DNA from: Polyangia bacterium
GTDB taxonomy: Bacteria > Myxococcota_A > Polyangia > JAAYKL01
Length of the DNA stretch: 56,109 nt
NCBI GenBank assembly: GCA_050287845.1
Contig: JBNKCR010000082.1
Location: 1-56,109 of the forward strand
Direction of reading: 5' to 3'
The first letter of the stretch is position 1; every line of letters begins with the position of its first letter. A program made the position numbers and the translations under genes. Of the stretch, positions 50,372 to 56,109 are shown piece by piece. The notes under the pieces are model-generated. The model was not told the DNA's origin and did no database searches. It saw only the letters and a program-made list of their open reading frames with translations.

Positions 50372-52123
50372 TTGAAAAGCGGAATTATTCAGTCCAGACG
50401 ATCGCGCAAGGATATGAAGCGTGTGGTCAGTAAAGTGCTGGCAAAGAATATTGAAGCGTTGCTGGGGGTGGCGGGGCGAAAACTGGAAAAACGGTTTATC
50501 GCGGCTGCCATGGACGCTGAAAATGCGCAGCTCAATGTACTTAGAGAAATTGTGCACGTCGCCAGGGACACCGAGATTGGGCGGCGGTACCATTTCGATC
50601 AGATTCAGACCCACGGGGATTATATTCGAAATGTGCCGGTGATGGATTATGAGGACTTACGACCACTGGTGGATCGTCATGTGGCCGGAGAAACAGACGT
50701 TCTGTTTTCGGGCAAGCCGATGCTGTATACCCGGACCAGTGGCACCACTGCGAAACCCAAACTGATTCCCATCAGTGAGTACAATTTCAACAAAACCATC
50801 AAAAAACGCGGCACCCTGTGGTTGTATGGTATCGCCAAACAGTTCCCCGGGGTGTTCTCCGGAAAAGATTTTTCCCTCGTGTCGCCGGCCGAAGATGGAT
50901 TTACCGCCGACGGGGTGCCTTTTGGTGCGCTGTCGGGACTCATGTACAAAAACATTCCTGAATTTGTGGAACGGGTGCACTCCATCCCGTACGAGGTAAT
51001 CTGCATCCGGGATTTTACCGCCAGAGCGTATACATTGCTGCGGTTTGGCGTACCCCAGAATGTGACCGGGGTCTTTACTGGGAATCCCAGTACCCTGGTG
51101 AATCTTGCAGTGAAGGCGGATGAGTGGAAGGCGGACCTCATCCGGGATATTGCGGATGGTACCCTGCGGACGGATATTGATATTGAACCTGAGATTCGCA
51201 AGATCATCACCCCGCTCTTTCAGCCGGCGAAAAAGCGTGCGCTTCAGCTGGAAAAGCTGGCCGCAGCCCATGACCGCTTTTTGCCCCGATTGTACTGGCC
51301 CAGGCTGAGAGTGATACATACCTGGACCAACGGCAACTGCCGACTGGTGATTCCCGAGCTGAAGGAATGGTACCAGGATACGCCGGTGCTGGACTTTGGG
51401 TACATCGCATCTGAAATCACCGCAACAGACCTGGTGGATGCAAGAAACAACGGATCGAAACTGGCCCTGTTGAGTGCTTTTTACGAATTTTCTCCGGAGG
51501 AGGAAGGCGACGAACCCAAAACCTTTTTAATGGCACATCAATTGGAGGCAGGGAAAAAGTATTATATCTACGTCACCACGTATTCCGGGCTGTATCGCTA
51601 CAACATGAACGACGTGATTGAAGTGGTGGACAAGTTTCATCAGGCGCCGGTCATGCATTTTCTGTATAAAGGGCATGGGGTCACCAGCATTCAGGGAGAG
51701 AAGCTTTCTGAATCCCAGCTGATTGAAGCCATGCAGCGCACTTCTCAGTCCACGGGAATTGACTACGGATTTTTTGTGGCATACGCCAACGGGCAAACAG
51801 CCACCTACGAGGTGTATGTGGAGTTGAAGACAACTGATTCCGCATCGGATTTCCGCCGATTTGCCGCAGTGCTCGACCGGATGCTCTGCGATGTGAACAT
51901 CGAGTACGAGTCGAAACGCAAGACCGAGCGACTGAAACCCGCCTGTGTGATTCCCCTCATTCCGGATGCGTTTCCCGCATATCGCGCCATGCGACTTGAA
52001 GAAGGCGCCTTCGAGGGGCAACTGAAATGGCTGCACCTGTCCGCAGACCGAACCATCCAGAAGCGAATGCAGAAGTTGATGGCCCATACACCATTCCCGG
52101 AGTGTCAGCGCAAAGGGGCGTAA
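50372..52123 (+). CDS. GH3 family acyl-adenylate/amido synthetase-like protein (start uncertain)
   Basis: TSGTTAKPKLIP, YIASE, FYEF, TTYSGLYRYNMNDV, GEKL; GGAGG before TTG 50372, alternative ATG 50414. Confidence 0.88.
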   Translation: MKSGIIQSRRSRKDMKRVVSKVLAKNIEALLGVAGRKLEKRFIAAAMDAENAQLNVLREIVHVARDTEIGRRYHFDQIQTHGDYIRNVPVMDYEDLRPLVDRHVAGETDVLFSGKPMLYTRTSGTTAKPKLIPISEYNFNKTIKKRGTLWLYGIAKQFPGVFSGKDFSLVSPAEDGFTADGVPFGALSGLMYKNIPEFVERVHSIPYEVICIRDFTARAYTLLRFGVPQNVTGVFTGNPSTLVNLAVKADEWKADLIRDIADGTLRTDIDIEPEIRKIITPLFQPAKKRALQLEKLAAAHDRFLPRLYWPRLRVIHTWTNGNCRLVIPELKEWYQDTPVLDFGYIASEITATDLVDARNNGSKLALLSAFYEFSPEEEGDEPKTFLMAHQLEAGKKYYIYVTTYSGLYRYNMNDVIEVVDKFHQAPVMHFLYKGHGVTSIQGEKLSESQLIEAMQRTSQSTGIDYGFFVAYANGQTATYEVYVELKTTDSASDFRRFAAVLDRMLCDVNIEYESKRKTERLKPACVIPLIPDAFPAYRAMRLEEGAFEGQLKWLHLSADRTIQKRMQKLMAHTPFPECQRKGA

Positions 52124-52238
52124 CCGGCAGGATAATTCTCTCAGAATTGATGGGCTGAGAAGTGCATCCGATTCATCCGGATTGTTGCTGCGCAATTGTT
52201 TATGTCTTAAAATATAAGAGGGGCTGGAATGGACAGGA

Positions 52239-53333
52239 ATGACCCGAATTCCTTTCATGGTCGTTTTTATCGCAGTTATCTCTGTTGCCCTGTTTGTGCA
52301 CACCCCATTGTTATCGCATATGCGCGAAGCCAGATCTTTCCAGACAACGGCGTCTGCAACACAGCCGGATTTTGACAGTTCATGGCGGGCTCATCAGGCG
52401 CAGAACGGGATATATCCCAACGAAGCCGGAGACGTGATCATTGTCATGTTTCACCGCTTTACCAGAAATTATTCGGGGGACCAGACACAGAATCAGCCAT
52501 ATACCCTTACTTACAGTCGCTTCAGAAGTTTGCTTCAGACGCTATATTCTCGGAATTTCCGGCTGATAAGTCTTTCGGATTTTGTGAACAACCATATTGA
52601 TGTGCCGGCGGGAACAATCCCGATTGTTTTTACCTTTGATGATGCGACCGCAGGCCAGTTTCACCTCGTGCGGGAAAATGGCAGTTTGCGGGCAGCGCCT
52701 GACACCGCGGTTGGCATCATGGAAGCTTTCTATGAAGTGCATCCCGAATTTGGACTGGAAGGAACCTTCTTCGTCAATCTGGGCATTTACCAGCCTCTAT
52801 TTGACGGTGAAGGCACCTTGACGGAACGGCTGAGTTATCTTGTGGCGCGCGGTTTTGAGCTGGGCAATCACACGTATACCCATGCCGATTTGCGCAAATT
52901 GAAAAAGGAGGCGCGGGTGGTGGCGGAAGTGGGGCGGAATCAGCAGGCGTTGAACACGTACTTGCCGGGATATCAGATGCGGTCTCTGGCCTTGCCTTTT
53001 GGACACAGTCCGCGGCATGGTTGGCTTCAGTCCGCATTGCATGGTGAGTATGAGGGGGTTCCGTTTGACAATCGAATCGTACTGGAAGTTGGGGCGGGGC
53101 CTTCATCTTCTCCCTCAGCAAGTGGTTTCAGGCCCACCGCGGTGCTTCGCGTTCGTGCGCCGGGACGACATCCGGAACCGATGGATTTGGACTGGTGGCT
53201 ACGGAAAAAGTTTTCGAACCGTCTGTTCGTCAGCGATGGCAATCCCAATATCATCACAGTGCCACAAACCCATTTCAATCGATTGTCCAGGGGATTCATC
53301 CAACGGGAAATTCAGAGACTTGTGGTGTACTGA
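52239..53333 (+). CDS. Exported polysaccharide deacetylase (NodB/CE4)
   Basis: N-terminal hydrophobic segment; TFDD, GNHTYTH, ALPFG. Confidence 0.85.
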   Translation: MTRIPFMVVFIAVISVALFVHTPLLSHMREARSFQTTASATQPDFDSSWRAHQAQNGIYPNEAGDVIIVMFHRFTRNYSGDQTQNQPYTLTYSRFRSLLQTLYSRNFRLISLSDFVNNHIDVPAGTIPIVFTFDDATAGQFHLVRENGSLRAAPDTAVGIMEAFYEVHPEFGLEGTFFVNLGIYQPLFDGEGTLTERLSYLVARGFELGNHTYTHADLRKLKKEARVVAEVGRNQQALNTYLPGYQMRSLALPFGHSPRHGWLQSALHGEYEGVPFDNRIVLEVGAGPSSSPSASGFRPTAVLRVRAPGRHPEPMDLDWWLRKKFSNRLFVSDGNPNIITVPQTHFNRLSRGFIQREIQRLVVY

Positions 53334-53708
53334 ACGGGGGTAGATTTTCTCCGGAGACGGTGATCAGAGACCGCGGTCACGATGATTATCGCGTGAGGGC
53401 CGGACCACGGGGGGATGATGGCGGGACAACGGGGTTCAGGCAGTTCTCATAGTCAGGGGCGTGGGCGATACCGCCACCGGAAGTGAACAGGGTGGCGAAG
53501 ACTGCTGAAATGAAAAAACTTTGTTGGATGCGCATACAAATCGATTGTTTATCGGTTTCCATGGGTAATTCAAACATAATTTTCCAGTTTTCCGGATTCC
53601 GGTGACCGAAGAACGCAGTGGCAGGTGCCCACGAATAAAAAGCCCCTGAACGTTTCAGATGACGCGAAGAGGATTGGCTTCCAGCAACAGTTCCGATAAT
53701 AAGGTTGT

Positions 53709-54539
53709 ATGTCCGACTTATCGGTGAATACGGCTTCAGCGGTCTCAGCGGTCTCAGCGGAATTCACGGCGTTGTACAGACAGCATTACAATCGTCTGTA
53801 TACGCTGGCCTTTCGGTTGACCGGCACCACCGAAAATGCCGAAGATGTATTGCAGACTGCTTTCCTGAACGCATTTCGCGCTTTTTCGGATTTTCGTTTC
53901 GAAAGTACGCCCTACACATGGCTGTACCGCATTGTGCTGAATGCGTCCCGGTCTCTTTGGGCAGAGCGGGGCCGGATGCCCACCGACGAATATGCGGAAT
54001 CTCACCAACTGTCCATCGAAGCGGTGTACCGACATATCAATGGCTTTGGCAATGCGGAGGAAGCGGTTCTCCTTGAACGGGTGAGAGAAAGCTGCTTACA
54101 GATGTTCATGAACTGCATGCCGGTGAAGTATCGAACGGTGTATACCCTGCGTGGAATGCTGCAGTTTTCCGTGAAGGACACCGCGGAAATTCTTGGTATT
54201 GCCGAGGATGCTGTGAAGACTCGACTGCACCGCGCCCGTGAGATTGCACGAACGCACCTTGCAGGCCGCTGCGCGCTGGTGAAGCCCGGCGCGATGTGCC
54301 ACTGCCGGGGATTTGCCGGATATGTTCAGAAGAACAGCCGCGAAAGCCGGCTTCAGAACGTGAAAGTGGTGCGTCGGCTGGAAGTGGCGGCCACCCGCGA
54401 ATATGAACATGAAATGCGGGAGATACTGGAGGTGGATCGGCTGTTTGCCACGGAACTGACCGGAATGGATTATGGGGCGTTCAAAAACCGCATCAAAGGA
54501 CTGCTCCGGGACAACCAGCTTGCGCTGCTGTCCCGATAA
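53709..54539 (+). CDS. ECF sigma-70 factor with Cys-containing C-terminal extension
   Basis: AEDVLQ..F..TWLYRIVLN (region 2); TAEILGI..VKTRLHRAR (region 4); RCALVKPGAMCHC. Confidence 0.88.
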   Translation: MSDLSVNTASAVSAVSAEFTALYRQHYNRLYTLAFRLTGTTENAEDVLQTAFLNAFRAFSDFRFESTPYTWLYRIVLNASRSLWAERGRMPTDEYAESHQLSIEAVYRHINGFGNAEEAVLLERVRESCLQMFMNCMPVKYRTVYTLRGMLQFSVKDTAEILGIAEDAVKTRLHRAREIARTHLAGRCALVKPGAMCHCRGFAGYVQKNSRESRLQNVKVVRRLEVAATREYEHEMREILEVDRLFATELTGMDYGAFKNRIKGLLRDNQLALLSR

Positions 54540-54588
54540 ACTGTACCGAATCATTTGTGAAAATTGTGCAATGATATCGAAATGACCT

Positions 54589-55056
54589 TCATTCGTCTTG
54601 ATTGGAAGGTGCAATCACTGTGGCAGACACGCTGGTTTCGATATCATCCCGGAGCATGGCAAACACCGGACAGATATTCTGCTTTGTCGATTGGACCAGT
54701 TCATCGAGTGTTGCCTCATCCAAATCCCGGGAAACACAGCGCACATTAAACGACATCTTTGAAAACCCCGTGGGATGGGCGGTGCGACGCACTCCGGATG
54801 CATCCACTTCGATGCGGGAAATGTGTTTCTTCAGACGTTTCTGTATGACCAGTTTGAGTGCTGTGGCAAGACAGCTGGCCGCGCTGATGAGCAACAGTTC
54901 CAGAGAAGTGTATCCGTCGGTGTCGTCCTCAGGCGGGAAATAATCGACAACGATTGGGTTTCTTTGAGGTGCGGATGCGTGCAGCCGTACGTTTTCGTTC
55001 ATCGACGCAAGTGATATTCGCAGTTCGTTTTTCATCTTCATATCCTTTCTCAGCAT
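54589..55056 (-). CDS. OsmC-like protein
   Basis: SLELLLISAASC and ICPVFAML (two conserved Cys). Confidence 0.85.
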   Translation of the reverse strand: MLRKDMKMKNELRISLASMNENVRLHASAPQRNPIVVDYFPPEDDTDGYTSLELLLISAASCLATALKLVIQKRLKKHISRIEVDASGVRRTAHPTGFSKMSFNVRCVSRDLDEATLDELVQSTKQNICPVFAMLRDDIETSVSATVIAPSNQDE

Positions 55057-55192
55057 GTGCCGGGCACAATACTTGGAGAGGAATCGGGAGAAAAGGTGAC
55101 AGAAAATCTGTGGTGACTTCGTTATTTATGAAAATGTTCTGAACCATTCCATCGAATATTGATGCGGGTCTGGTGAATGGTCGCGGTGGATA

Positions 55193-55786
55193 TTACTCCC
55201 CGCAAGGGCCATCGAGGACCCATTGCCATGCGCCATCGACGCATACAAAGCCGTATCCGTTGCAGATGGGTTTGTGCACAAGGGGGTCGCATGCACAGCC
55301 CGTTTCGGCGTCCTGGACGCTGTCTGGATTCGCCGGCGTGTAGCACTCATACTCCTGCGGCATGCATGGGCCGTCTTCCACCGCTTGCCAATGATTGCTG
55401 ATGCACATCAGCGCAACCCCATCAATACAGATGTCGTAGTCAAGTGTTGCGTCGCAGGGGCAGCCGGTTGCCCCTGCGTCATAGGCTTGCCGGGTGTGTT
55501 CTGAGGGGGAGTAGCACCACCCCGTGTCGGTGTCGTTTCCGGTGTCACTGTCCGACTGCGAAGTGGTCGATTCTGAATCGCTGTCGCCGGTTGTATCCGG
55601 CTCTGTATCGATGTCGTTGGTTGTATCGGTGTCGCTTTCCGTTGTCTCCGTTGAATCGCTGGCCGTATCTTCGTTTCCCAGTTCGCTGCCGGTATCGATG
55701 GGGTCGGATTCCGTTGCGTTGTCACAGCCGGTGGACCCCAGAATGAAACACATGCAGATTAAACTCCAAAAAAATTTTCCAGACAT
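55193..55786 (-). CDS. Lipoprotein with acidic Thr/Asp linker and two six-Cys repeats
   Basis: AAGGAG RBS; lipobox STGC; two CY.P..GC.CD..IC..G...C...WQ.V.DGPC units. Confidence 0.8.
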   Translation of the reverse strand: MSGKFFWSLICMCFILGSTGCDNATESDPIDTGSELGNEDTASDSTETTESDTDTTNDIDTEPDTTGDSDSESTTSQSDSDTGNDTDTGWCYSPSEHTRQAYDAGATGCPCDATLDYDICIDGVALMCISNHWQAVEDGPCMPQEYECYTPANPDSVQDAETGCACDPLVHKPICNGYGFVCVDGAWQWVLDGPCGE

Positions 55787-56045
55787 TTTTCTCCTTCATA
55801 AGCATTGTGGCGCGATGTTCATCCTCGCCTGTTCTGATATATTCCGCAGACTCAATAATGATTCCGATTGCAGATATACCGGTAACCAATAGATAGTGCT
55901 CTGAAAGTATAACCCCTCAGGGCGCTATAATGGGAGAATAGATCGTATCCTTTTTTCATAGTGGCACGCCCCGGCAACGCCAGAGCCTTTCTTCTCTTAT
56001 TTTGCCGTCCCCAATTGACACATTTACAATACACTGGGCGGGCAC

Positions 56046-56109
56046 GTAGGGGCGAGGCATGCCTCGCCCCCAACCATGAATAATGCAGAATCCAGGGCGA
56101 GGCATGCCT
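56046..56109. repeat. REP-like GTAG palindromic repeats (two copies, second truncated by window)
   Basis: GTAG overlapping the perfect 22-bp palindrome GGGGCGAGGCATGCCTCGCCCC (56049-56070); GGGCGAGGCATGCCT again at 56095-56109. Confidence 0.8.

Noticed and set aside
53736..53760. 9-bp tandem repeat (TCAGCGGTC) at the ECF gene start
   Set aside because: It is a short in-frame SAV repeat with no evidence of function.
55962..55976. TGGCACG sigma54-like sequence
   Set aside because: GG-to-GC spacing is 9 rather than 10, and there is no TTGC.

Overview
A gene-dense bacterial chromosomal window. The Ser/Thr kinase with PEGA domain, TPR-PEGA plus SUMF1 pair and giant Cys-rich fibro-slime protein suggest a Myxococcota/deltaproteobacterium-like host (inference). 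Left to right it holds: a MalT-type ATPase/SARP regulator running off the left edge and missing from the ORF track; a secreted metallophosphoesterase; a core operon yceD-rpmF-fabH-fabD-acpP-fabF-rpiB-nrdR-ribD; thiL, kinase, ankyrin and LptE-like genes; a c-di-GMP/chemotaxis-rich block (GGDEF-EAL, HD-GYP, CheD, PilZ, CheY, CheX) with deaD; several accessory genes; an orphan araA; a LiaF-like x2/LytS/LytTR module with candidate LytTR boxes; a 1.4 kaa Cys-rich surface lipoprotein; a second radical SAM; GH3; polysaccharide deacetylase; a Cys-extended ECF sigma; OsmC; and REP-like palindromes at the right edge. The standout is a two-gene unit at 36020-38047, a radical SAM/SPASM enzyme followed by a ~310 aa protein carrying nine tandem CxxCGP repeats. 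It is a candidate undescribed RiPP-like maturase/substrate system. I saw no rRNA, tRNA, CRISPR array or transposase. All calls are from motif recognition by eye; no searches were run.
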